Positions 1 to 7,885 of a DNA stretch of 64,000 nt are shown here, one piece after another. The position numbers and the translations under genes were made by a program. Below the pieces are notes generated by a model. The model made no database searches and was not told the DNA's origin. It was given only the letters and a program-made list of their open reading frames with translations. Numbering within the stretch: position 1 is the stretch's first letter; every line of letters begins with the position of its first letter. Source of the DNA: a virus; the IMG/VR virus record IMGVR_UViG_3300046492_000199; one strand, written 5' to 3'.

Positions 1-742
1 TTATTATAAAAATCACGTCGTGCATAACACTCTGACCAACAAAATGATCGAACTGATTCGCGAAGGTTGGGACGTTGGTATTTGGGCCAACTTCTTGAAT
101 AATGTGATGAAGAACCCTTCACAAACTGCTGTTGACGAACTATATCTGTTTCTTGAAGCGGCGCAAATGCCCCTCACATCAGATGGCCACTTCCTAGCAT
201 TTAAGAAGGTACGCGATGACTACACCAGTATCCACGACGGAAAGACCGATAATAGTATTGGGTCAAAACCTTCTATGCCTCGCGAAGAAGTCGATCCCGA
301 CCGTGACCGTCATTGCAGCCGTGGTCTTCATTTTTGTGCTCATAGTTACTTAGGTTCTTTCGGTAGCACCGTAGGTCATCGTGTCGTTGTGGTTAAAATC
401 AACCCCGCCGATGTTGTCGCCATCCCTTCAGATTATGCTAATGCAAAGGGTAGGGCTTGGACCTATGAAGTCGTAGATGAAATTGATAATCCCGGCAAGG
501 GTGAGCGTGACAAGCGTTTCAATGTTGCGGTAGATGATTCGTGGGACGCTCCCGAGGAACTAGCCCTTGGTGATACTCCTAGTGATCTTCTCTTTGGCGA
601 CATTTATACCGCTAAGGAAATCCTTGACAAGGTGAACGAAGTAGGGTCTGTCAGGGGTGCGGGTCGAGCCCTTGGAATCGCTAAGTCAACTTTTGGCGAT
701 TGGGTTAAGAAGGCTAAGGAAATCGTTTCACAGGAGGATTAA
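1..742 (+). CDS. rIIB: rIIB-like protein with C-terminal HTH; frame open to the window edge, so 5'-truncated
   Basis: FLAFKKVR..YTSIHDGK.DNSIG...MPREEVDPDRDRHCSRGLHFC and VVVVKINPADVVAIPSDY..AKGR are hallmark rIIB motifs; the frame continues upstream of 20 (YYKNHVVH). Confidence 0.9.
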   Translation, partial: YYKNHVVHNTLTNKMIELIREGWDVGIWANFLNNVMKNPSQTAVDELYLFLEAAQMPLTSDGHFLAFKKVRDDYTSIHDGKTDNSIGSKPSMPREEVDPDRDRHCSRGLHFCAHSYLGSFGSTVGHRVVVVKINPADVVAIPSDYANAKGRAWTYEVVDEIDNPGKGERDKRFNVAVDDSWDAPEELALGDTPSDLLFGDIYTAKEILDKVNEVGSVRGAGRALGIAKSTFGDWVKKAKEIVSQED

Positions 743-1096
743 ATGAAATTTCGTTACAAGATGGCTTTAGGACTGGCGGCTTTTTTGGCAGTCACCTATG
801 GCGTGCGATACATATATGTAGCTGCGACGACAACCACAGTCACTGACCTATTTGTTAGGGACAGTGAGAGGGTTTGCGACAAGACTGGCAAGGATTGCAA
901 GTACCTAGCCTTTGGACAGAACGAGACTTACGAAAATGTAGATGAATGGGTTTTTGCAAAATATAATTCGTCTGATGTTAATAAAGTTCTTGTCAAGGGC
1001 AATAGCTGTAGGCTCAAGGTTCACGGCTTCAGATTTGGTTATATGTCATGGTACAGAAATATTATCACGGCGGACTGTGTACCAAATACTAAATAA
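743..1096 (+). CDS. Membrane-anchored/secreted phage protein (DUF1523-like)
   Basis: N-terminal TM; KYLAF...ENVD..F.KYNSSD...V.GFRFGYMSWYRNII pattern. Confidence 0.6.
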   Translation: MKFRYKMALGLAAFLAVTYGVRYIYVAATTTTVTDLFVRDSERVCDKTGKDCKYLAFGQNETYENVDEWVFAKYNSSDVNKVLVKGNSCRLKVHGFRFGYMSWYRNIITADCVPNTK

Positions 1097-1098
1097 AT

Positions 1099-1114
1099 GA
1101 GCGCTTCGGCGCTC
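1099..1114 (+). terminator. cUUCGg tetraloop hairpin (terminator or mRNA-stabilising stem)
   Basis: gagcgc-ttcg-gcgctc directly after the stop at 1096; weak U-tail. Confidence 0.5.
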
Positions 1115-1142
1115 CCTTCCCGTTTCAAAATTAAGAAAAATT

Positions 1143-2279
1143 ATGATTTATAAAACATTATTCCACCTCGATAACAACGACAATATTCGAACATGGTTTA
1201 TGGAGCAGGACGGCTCTCAATATCGGACCCACTCAGGCATTGAAGGCGGCAAGATCGTCATTTCTGAATGGAAGCAGGCCACGGCGAAAAATGTTGGCAA
1301 GACAAATGCCACGAGTGATGAGAGCCAAGCCACGGCTGAAATTGAAGCTCTGTATCAAAAGAAGCTGGACCGCAAGTACAGTCTAACTCCCGACACGGCG
1401 CAGCGCTCAAATTTTGTCCAGCCCATGCTAGCTGATAAATTTCACGAAACCAAAACTTTTAAAACCAAGAAGACTTGGATTCTCCAACCAAAGCTAGACG
1501 GACTCCGCTGTGTCATGGATGACACTGGTGGCACGTCGCGCGCCGGTAAGCCGTTTCACACCGTGGCGCATCTCGTCGCTAAACTGGACGAAGCCGCGCT
1601 AAAATATAATGTCACTTTCGACGGCGAGCTTTATAATCATTCGTACAAGGAGGATTTCGAAAAGATCGTTTCACTGGTCAAAAAGCAAAAGCTCTCAAGC
1701 CTAACAGATGAAGAGTTGCGAGAAATTGCTGACAAGGTTGAATTCCATATCTACGACGTAATTTTTTGGGACAATCTTGAGCGACCGTATCGCGAAAGAC
1801 TTGACTTTCTGGAAGAAATCTTTGTCGAAGACTTTTCTACCAGCACCAAAATTAAACTAGTCGAAGCGATTCAAATCGAAGGCCTTGATTTTGAAAGGGT
1901 TCAGCAGGCACACGACAAGTATTTTGCTGAAGGTTATGAAGGCCTTATGCTTCGTGACGCGGATTCTCCCTACGAATTCAAGCGCTCAAAAGGCCTTCTA
2001 AAATATAAAAACTTTGACGAAGATGAATTTGAACTTGTAGATATCATCGAAGGTCAGGGCAATTGGAGCGGCGCGGCTAAGGCTGTAGTTGTTAAAACCC
2101 CGCACGGAGAATCCGAAGCCGGTGTTGCTGGCACCTACGAGCGCAACAAAGAGATTTGGGAAAACCCTAAAAAGTATATCGGCGGACAAGTTACCGTTAA
2201 ATATCAAGGGTATACCAAAGACAATAAATTGCGTTTCGGTGTAGTCAAAGCTTTCCATGAAGGCAAAAGAGATTATTAA
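1143..2279 (+). CDS. lig: ATP-dependent DNA ligase
   Basis: QPKLDGLRC (motif I), FDGELY, EGYEGLMLR, LLKYK, VTVKYQ...LRF. Confidence 0.95.
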   Translation: MIYKTLFHLDNNDNIRTWFMEQDGSQYRTHSGIEGGKIVISEWKQATAKNVGKTNATSDESQATAEIEALYQKKLDRKYSLTPDTAQRSNFVQPMLADKFHETKTFKTKKTWILQPKLDGLRCVMDDTGGTSRAGKPFHTVAHLVAKLDEAALKYNVTFDGELYNHSYKEDFEKIVSLVKKQKLSSLTDEELREIADKVEFHIYDVIFWDNLERPYRERLDFLEEIFVEDFSTSTKIKLVEAIQIEGLDFERVQQAHDKYFAEGYEGLMLRDADSPYEFKRSKGLLKYKNFDEDEFELVDIIEGQGNWSGAAKAVVVKTPHGESEAGVAGTYERNKEIWENPKKYIGGQVTVKYQGYTKDNKLRFGVVKAFHEGKRDY

Positions 2280-2282
2280 ATC

Positions 2283-2471
2283 ATGGATAATTGGTATCCT
2301 TGGACCGGTGGACACAGTAATGGACCGGTTAGTCCAACAGCTGTTGTTGAGACTAAACTTCGGGATGGAACTTTGATGAAGCCATATCCAAGTGAAGGCA
2401 TCATTTGGACTCATTATGGCCAATCCACTGATATTATTGAATATCGTGTTATTAACAAAGAAGAGTCTTGA
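2283..2471 (+). CDS. Hypothetical protein
   Basis: Tiles the operon; 4-nt overlap with the next ORF. Confidence 0.6.
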   Translation: MDNWYPWTGGHSNGPVSPTAVVETKLRDGTLMKPYPSEGIIWTHYGQSTDIIEYRVINKEES

Positions 2472-2800
2472 TGTACGGAGTAGAAAAAATAACGCTGACG
2501 AGGCCTGAGTACAATCTCATGCAACGTCGGCTCGCAAAACTAGCTGCATTGGAAAGTCGCGGCGTCAATTATTGGGAATTTCATGACGAAGCGCTGATTG
2601 AATGGAAACGTGAAGAAGCGCTAAGCGATTTACTTTCCGCAATTATTGATGAAATTAACGACTTCCTAACCGAAGCTGAAATAGATCAACCCGCTGGTTA
2701 TGGCTGTGGATATTCGATTACATTTGACGAGGGTCAGATGGAAAATATCTTAAAAGGCTTTGCCGATAAATATGTTAGAATTAAGACCGATGACAGATGA
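2468..2800 (+). CDS. Hypothetical protein
   Basis: Tiles the operon. Confidence 0.6.
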   Translation: MMYGVEKITLTRPEYNLMQRRLAKLAALESRGVNYWEFHDEALIEWKREEALSDLLSAIIDEINDFLTEAEIDQPAGYGCGYSITFDEGQMENILKGFADKYVRIKTDDR

Positions 2801-3284
2801 AGTTTTAAAATATTATTGCGGCGTGGGCAGCAGACAAACGCCGGATGAAGTGATGGCGGAAATGAGAATGATTGCTGCTATCTTGAGAGAGAATGGCTAT
2901 ATTCTCAATTCTGGCGGCGCAGACGGAGCCGACACAGCTTTTGAAGATGGCGCGGGCGATGAGAAGCAAATCTTTCTCCCTTGGGAAGGTTTTAACGGCA
3001 GAGATGGCATTGTTGCTGGCGGAAAAACTGCGGCAAGAAAGATCGCAATGAGAATTCATCCCTATTGGGATAATCTGACACAGGGCGGGAAGAAGCTTCA
3101 CACCCGCAACGCGTGTCAAGTCCTCGGCTTCGATCTGAAGACTCCTGTGGATTTTGTTGTGTGTTGGACCCCCGATGGCAAACCAAGTGGTGGAACCAGA
3201 ACTGCCGTAATTATTGCTGAAGAACATGGAATTCCGGTATATAATTTAAAGGTCGATAAATTTCCTATTGACAAATTCCTGTGA
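2790..3284 (+). CDS. SLOG-superfamily (DprA/Smf-like) nucleotide-binding protein
   Basis: YCGVGSRQTP, SGGADGADTAFE, RNACQVLG, SGGTRTA motifs; likely start at ATG 2790. Confidence 0.85.
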   Translation: MTDEVLKYYCGVGSRQTPDEVMAEMRMIAAILRENGYILNSGGADGADTAFEDGAGDEKQIFLPWEGFNGRDGIVAGGKTAARKIAMRIHPYWDNLTQGGKKLHTRNACQVLGFDLKTPVDFVVCWTPDGKPSGGTRTAVIIAEEHGIPVYNLKVDKFPIDKFL

Positions 3285-3295
3285 CGTGCTAACTT
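3268..3295 (+). promoter_or_regulatory. Sigma70-type promoter
   Basis: TTGACA-16 nt-TAACTT with extended -10 TG; downstream RBS aaggag before 3327. Confidence 0.6.
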
Positions 3296-3326
3296 TTCCT
3301 TACATTCAAATCAAAGGAGAAACCAG

Positions 3327-3644
3327 ATGCAACAGATTAGCTACCGCGCCGCGCTTCGCAAGATCATTCTCGCTGGCGGCGATATCATGGGCATCACATT
3401 CGTTAAGGCTGACGGCGAACTTCGCGACATGACGTTTCGCCGTAACGTCGCTACGATGGTAAAGAACAACCCCGACAATGCAAAGAACGATAGCACTAAG
3501 AGAGTACGTCGCGGCTCTCTCATCACTGTCGTTGAAATGGATGGGACGCAGGACCGGAAGTGGAAGACGATTAATCTTCGCACCGTAACAGAACTGCGTG
3601 TCAATAAAGAAAGATATGTAATCGATGAATCAACAGTACGTTGA
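3327..3644 (+). CDS. Hypothetical protein (SH3/WYL-like small beta fold)
   Basis: ITFVKADGELRDM...WKTINLRTV pattern; strong RBS. Confidence 0.6.
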   Translation: MQQISYRAALRKIILAGGDIMGITFVKADGELRDMTFRRNVATMVKNNPDNAKNDSTKRVRRGSLITVVEMDGTQDRKWKTINLRTVTELRVNKERYVIDESTVR

Positions 3645-3963
3645 AGGACTGCTTGAACATTTAAAAACCTTTTACTGCGAAACGCAGTGGGATAAGGTAC
3701 TTGAATATTTTGGCGAAGAAGCTGCAAATGATCTTGACTTCATGGCACATTTTGATTATGAAGAAATCTTTGCCAGAGGCGACCTAAAAGAATGTGAAGC
3801 ATTTTATCACGTCTGCTTTATGCAGAGATGCTTGATTCTTGGCATGTTTGATCTTTCAAAAAACGAGGAAGCTGCAACAACTTTTGCCTATCTCGAATAT
3901 TGGGTAATTAAATTGCACACGAAATTTACAGGAAGTACGGAAAAAGATTTATGGCTTCATTGA
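3625..3963 (+). CDS. Hypothetical protein
   Basis: Overlapping operon tiling. Confidence 0.55.
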   Translation: MNQQYVEGLLEHLKTFYCETQWDKVLEYFGEEAANDLDFMAHFDYEEIFARGDLKECEAFYHVCFMQRCLILGMFDLSKNEEAATTFAYLEYWVIKLHTKFTGSTEKDLWLH

Positions 3964-4193
3964 TTAAGAGAACTGCTGTTATTTGCGACGACGTTGTAGA
4001 ATTTGACGAACTGACTAGGTTTCGCCACAAAGAGGGTGTAGAGGAATATATTCACGTAACGACGGTAGACGTATTAAAAAGTATTGACATTCTTACAAAT
4101 GCCATATACCTTGGTTCGGCTACTAAGTTAGACGAATTTGCAGCACTACGTGCCGCAGTGAGTGAAAGAGGAGTATCGGAGCGATGGCAGTAA
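3951..4193 (+). CDS. Hypothetical protein
   Basis: Overlapping operon tiling. Confidence 0.5.
   Translation: MASLIKRTAVICDDVVEFDELTRFRHKEGVEEYIHVTTVDVLKSIDILTNAIYLGSATKLDEFAALRAAVSERGVSERWQ
4084..4112 (+). promoter_or_regulatory. Possible sigma70 promoter for the recombinase
   Basis: TTGACA-17 nt-TACCTT about 70 nt upstream of 4184, inside the upstream ORF. Confidence 0.4.
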
Positions 4194-4768
4194 AGCGAGC
4201 TAAAATTCTAGAATCGAAAGATTTGAAGACCATCTTTAAATACATAGATTCGAACAAAGACCATAAGACAAATGCTCGCGACAAGGTCGCTGTACTTCTG
4301 AGCGCCAAGGCAGGGCTTAGAGCTTCTGAAATCGCCGGGATTCGCTGGATCGATGTGACGAAAGCCGATGGCACGATTAACGATGTGATGCATATCGGCA
4401 ATCACATCACCAAGGGCGGGAAGCGAGAGCGACAAGTACCTATCCATCCAGAACTGAAACATTACCTTGAAGTCCTGAGACGCCAGCGCCCCGCTGATGA
4501 GTACATCCGATTCGGAGACTACAAGGAGACCATGACGGCCAACGCCATGACGGTGTGGTTCACGCGCCTGTATAAGGCTGTGGAGCTTCAAGGCTGTTCC
4601 TCCCATAGCGGTAGACGGACCTTCATCACAGAGGCGGCACGCCGCGCCAACCTGTACAACGCATCACTTCGGGATGTACAGGACTTGGCGGGACATGCGA
4701 ACCTTACCACAACGGAACGGTATATCGATCCTAGCGACGGTGTCAAGAAGCTGGTGTCATCTTTGTGA
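4184..4768 (+). CDS. Tyrosine recombinase, catalytic domain only (194 aa)
   Basis: GLRASEI (R), TKGGK (K), SHSGRR (HxxR), AGHANLTTTERY (H, Y): complete catalytic set. Confidence 0.92.
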   Translation: MAVKRAKILESKDLKTIFKYIDSNKDHKTNARDKVAVLLSAKAGLRASEIAGIRWIDVTKADGTINDVMHIGNHITKGGKRERQVPIHPELKHYLEVLRRQRPADEYIRFGDYKETMTANAMTVWFTRLYKAVELQGCSSHSGRRTFITEAARRANLYNASLRDVQDLAGHANLTTTERYIDPSDGVKKLVSSL

Positions 4769-5013
4769 CACAAGATATCCCCGTATTTGAATATGTCGAG
4801 ACGTTTAAGATATCAGGGAGAGGGACGCTTTATTGCGGCCCTTCCCCCTTTGACGATCCGTTGCGCGTCATGACGTGGATCGGAACCAAAGTCATGATTG
4901 ACGGCGAGGTTCGCACGATTCGCGGCACTGAGACATACATGTCATTCGTAGGCCCTAGGAAGGGAAGTCCGATTGGGCTACTTTTTACTGCTGAAAATAA
5001 GGAAGATTTATGA
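4765..5013 (+). CDS. Hypothetical protein
   Basis: 4-nt overlaps on both sides. Confidence 0.6.
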   Translation: MTQDIPVFEYVETFKISGRGTLYCGPSPFDDPLRVMTWIGTKVMIDGEVRTIRGTETYMSFVGPRKGSPIGLLFTAENKEDL

Positions 5014-5258
5014 CTACGACAACTATTGATAAAGTTGATATTTTAGACACTCTCAACGCGGCTGAAGATTACGGTTATTTTAAGCCTATCATTCTGCAAA
5101 CATTGACGGCGTGGTACGGCCCTATCACTGTGGCTGAGATTGCAGCCTTTGCCGAAAGCTATCTAGAAGAGGATGGCTATAACGAAAATGATGTAGATTT
5201 TACCATAGAAAATATTACTTACATTTTTAAGATGTATGGGAAAATTATTGATGCGTGA
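5010..5258 (+). CDS. Hypothetical protein
   Basis: Operon tiling. Confidence 0.55.
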   Translation: MTTTTIDKVDILDTLNAAEDYGYFKPIILQTLTAWYGPITVAEIAAFAESYLEEDGYNENDVDFTIENITYIFKMYGKIIDA

Positions 5259-5688
5259 TATTATTGTCGATCTAGACGGCACGGTTGCGGACTGTAGCCA
5301 TCGCCAGCATTACGTGCAATCCAAACCATCAAACTGGAAAGCCTTCGAAGCAGGTATTCCTCATGATACGCCACACCAGCACGTCATCGATCTGGTCAAC
5401 GCGCTCTATGCCGCTGGCTGGCGCGTCGTGCTTTGCTCCGGTCGTGGCGAGCAATCCAGAGACCATAGCGTAACATGGCTTGAGAAGCATGACGTAAATT
5501 ATCATGCCCTTTATATGAGAGCGCGTAACGATAGCCGCCGCGATGATATCGTCAAGATGGAGCTTCTTGATCAAATTATTGCAGATGGTTACAACCCTTC
5601 GTTTGTATTAGACGATCGAGATCAAGTTGTAGTTGCTTGGCGAGCCCGAGGTATTCCCTGCTTCCAAGTCGCGCCGGGAGATTTTTAA
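5251..5688 (+). CDS. HAD-family polynucleotide 3'-phosphatase (PseT C-terminal-like), stand-alone
   Basis: IIVDLDGTVAD, CSGR, LYMR...RRDDIVK, LDDRDQVV..WR..GIPCFQV. Confidence 0.9.
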   Translation: MRDIIVDLDGTVADCSHRQHYVQSKPSNWKAFEAGIPHDTPHQHVIDLVNALYAAGWRVVLCSGRGEQSRDHSVTWLEKHDVNYHALYMRARNDSRRDDIVKMELLDQIIADGYNPSFVLDDRDQVVVAWRARGIPCFQVAPGDF

Positions 5689-5689
5689 A

Positions 5690-5773
5690 ATGAATCCTTT
5701 CACTAACAAAGGCTCAGAGAAACTTGCTAAGTTTTTGCGTGGGCTTTGGAACAAGATTGCAGTTAAAAAATAA
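5690..5773 (+). CDS. 27-aa cationic amphipathic peptide (absent from the ORF track)
   Basis: MNPFTNKGSEKLAKFLRGLWNKIAVKK; fills the gap exactly; TAATG coupling to 5773. Confidence 0.5.
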   Translation: MNPFTNKGSEKLAKFLRGLWNKIAVKK

Positions 5774-6099
5774 TGAAAATGTACATCGCCGTACTTGATG
5801 AGTTTCCTGACTATATGGTCCCGACGCTTGTCGCTCATTCCGTGCTAGGCGCTCATCTCGAATTCCAAACGCAGCCTAGGTATAAGGGCTGGCTCAGCAT
5901 GTCTTTCAAGAAATGTGTGGTCCGTGTCAATCAGCGCGAATTCGATAAGATTGCTGCGTTAGAGCATGTCTACCTAGGCCACGAGAACAAGACTCTCGAC
6001 GGTCGTAAAGCTTGCGCCGTTGTTCTGCCTAATTTGGAGGAAGACGATCCTAACGTTTTAAAATTTGCAAAATTGTGGAAGCCAAAAGTTAATGATTAA
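5773..6099 (+). CDS. Peptidyl-tRNA hydrolase type 2-like protein
   Basis: KMYIAV...TLVAHSVL...WL..SFKKCVVRV pattern typical of phage Pth2-like proteins. Confidence 0.65.
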   Translation: MKMYIAVLDEFPDYMVPTLVAHSVLGAHLEFQTQPRYKGWLSMSFKKCVVRVNQREFDKIAALEHVYLGHENKTLDGRKACAVVLPNLEEDDPNVLKFAKLWKPKVND

Positions 6100-6205
6100 A
6101 TGGCATTACGGCATAATTGTTAAATCAAACAAGCCACTTAAAGAACAAATCTGTGACGCGGTCAAGCGTTTAGAAGAAAAAGATAATTAATAGAAAGATA
6201 AAATT

Positions 6206-6739
6206 TTGGGAAAGCGTTCTGATTTCGAACGACTTCCACGTGATTATTATAGAACCATTGATCCTAGGGCTGTTCAAGCCCTTAAGCCTTTTATCGAGGA
6301 AAATCAAACCTTTATCGAGCCATGTGCCGGTGATGGGATTCTTACTGATCAATTAGTGGAAGTTTTAAAACTTAAATGTGTAGCAGAATATGACATTGAG
6401 CCTGATCACAAACGCATTTTGCAAAAAGATGCATTGACTTTGACGGAAAGTGATGTTATAGGTGTTGACATAATCGCTTCTAACCCGCCTTGGGATAGGA
6501 AGTTACTTCACCCGCTTATCGAAAGGTTCGCTACACTTCGTCCAACTTGGCTCCTTTTCGATGCAAATTGGGTCTGGACCAAACAATCGTCACGTTTCAT
6601 CACATCCTATTGTACCGATATCGTTGCAATCGGCAGGCTAAAGTGGATCGAGAACACCACAATGTCTGGTAAGGATGACAATGCGTGGTTCCGTTTCGAT
6701 ATAAACAAACAAGGATCGACAAAGTTCCATGGCCGTTAG
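6206..6739 (+). CDS. Solitary amino (N6-adenine/N4-cytosine) DNA methyltransferase
   Basis: DYYRT, FIEPCAGDG (motif I), IASNPPW (motif IV). Confidence 0.85.
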   Translation: MGKRSDFERLPRDYYRTIDPRAVQALKPFIEENQTFIEPCAGDGILTDQLVEVLKLKCVAEYDIEPDHKRILQKDALTLTESDVIGVDIIASNPPWDRKLLHPLIERFATLRPTWLLFDANWVWTKQSSRFITSYCTDIVAIGRLKWIENTTMSGKDDNAWFRFDINKQGSTKFHGR

Positions 6740-7085
6740 AGAAATGAGCGAAGAAGAGAAGGTTGAGTGTGAAACCATCACTAAAGAGATGCACGCTCAA
6801 GCCAGAAATCTTCTGAAAGACAAAGAGAAAACTGTTTGGCTATTTAAACCAAAGCCGCCTGAACCGGTGGGCTACATAACTACCCCGATGGGCGAATACC
6901 AAACATCAGCCTCAATCGCGAAAGAGGTGCAAGAATTCTTTGATTCAACCCGCAGAGAAAATACGGGAGCAATCGGTGGTCAATACAGTTACACCTTTAC
7001 TGACACACAGCTAGGCCTGATTCTAGAAATCAAAGACGGTTTTACCAATAAAACCATCAACGCAACGGACTTTAGTGAATTTTAA
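6729..7085 (+). CDS. Hypothetical protein
   Basis: C-terminal GAIGGQYSYTFT.T.LG.I.EI.D motif recurrent in phages. Confidence 0.6.
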   Translation: MAVREMSEEEKVECETITKEMHAQARNLLKDKEKTVWLFKPKPPEPVGYITTPMGEYQTSASIAKEVQEFFDSTRRENTGAIGGQYSYTFTDTQLGLILEIKDGFTNKTINATDFSEF

Positions 7086-7105
7086 AGCAGAAAGGGAAAT
7101 ACGAA

Positions 7106-7444
7106 ATGAAGCCTGACATTTATTACGAAAACAAGTGCGCCCACATCATCAACTGCTCCGCAATTATCAACCTTCAGATTCCACGTGCCGCTCGTGACGG
7201 CGGAAACGCGATCAGAAATCTCCGACAGCATGTCATTGACTTCATTGCCCTTACTCCTGATGTTTCTGATGGCCGTACCGATATGACTTGGGTCGCGTGT
7301 TGGAAAACAACCTATGCCCGCGTCAGTGATGCTATTCGTGATATCAAGGATATTGGCGATTATCGTCTGGATCAGAAGCGTAAGGAACTTGTTGCTGTGG
7401 CTAACTCTCTCCTCGCCGCACGCCGTGCCGTGTTCTGGTCCTAA
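7106..7444 (+). CDS. Hypothetical protein
   Basis: RBS aaggg; host-like codon use. Confidence 0.6.
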   Translation: MKPDIYYENKCAHIINCSAIINLQIPRAARDGGNAIRNLRQHVIDFIALTPDVSDGRTDMTWVACWKTTYARVSDAIRDIKDIGDYRLDQKRKELVAVANSLLAARRAVFWS

Positions 7445-7462
7445 ACGAAAAGTTTTTATTTT

Positions 7463-7861
7463 ATGAAGCCATTTATTCACGCCAGATCGAGTGCCGCCAA
7501 GTTCGGCGGCACCCCTTCAGATTACATTAAAATTCACGAATATTTCGATAGCACGAAGTCCAGTCATGCCGATGTTCGCCACAGGGCAATTCTCCATACC
7601 GCGTTTGGTATTTATCTCGTGGCAGATGTTTTTGGTCATCACATCACCAACAGCGACGGCAAAACCGTTTCAGTGCGCGATATTGGCGAGCAGCACGTCA
7701 TGGAAGATTTGGGCCGCATCCCATCCATGTCTGATTATTTAAATCATATGACGATTGAGGATTGGATGTTGGGTCCGCATAATAAAGCAAAAAGAAATAT
7801 TACTAAATTTTCGATGGCTGGTACGGACGAAGGTGATTCCCACGTATTCTGCCGAGTATGA
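7463..7861 (+). CDS. His-rich conserved phage protein (DUF6915-like)
   Basis: P.IHA.SSA.KFGG...DY..IH.YFD.TK....D.RHRAILH..FGI...EQHV.EDLG. Confidence 0.7.
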   Translation: MKPFIHARSSAAKFGGTPSDYIKIHEYFDSTKSSHADVRHRAILHTAFGIYLVADVFGHHITNSDGKTVSVRDIGEQHVMEDLGRIPSMSDYLNHMTIEDWMLGPHNKAKRNITKFSMAGTDEGDSHVFCRV

Positions 7862-7885
7862 TTATCACTTAGAAAGTTTAATTTA

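Noticed and set aside
4184-4768. Prophage boundary or att site near the recombinase
   Set aside because: Phage genes continue on both sides; no host genes or direct-repeat core recognised
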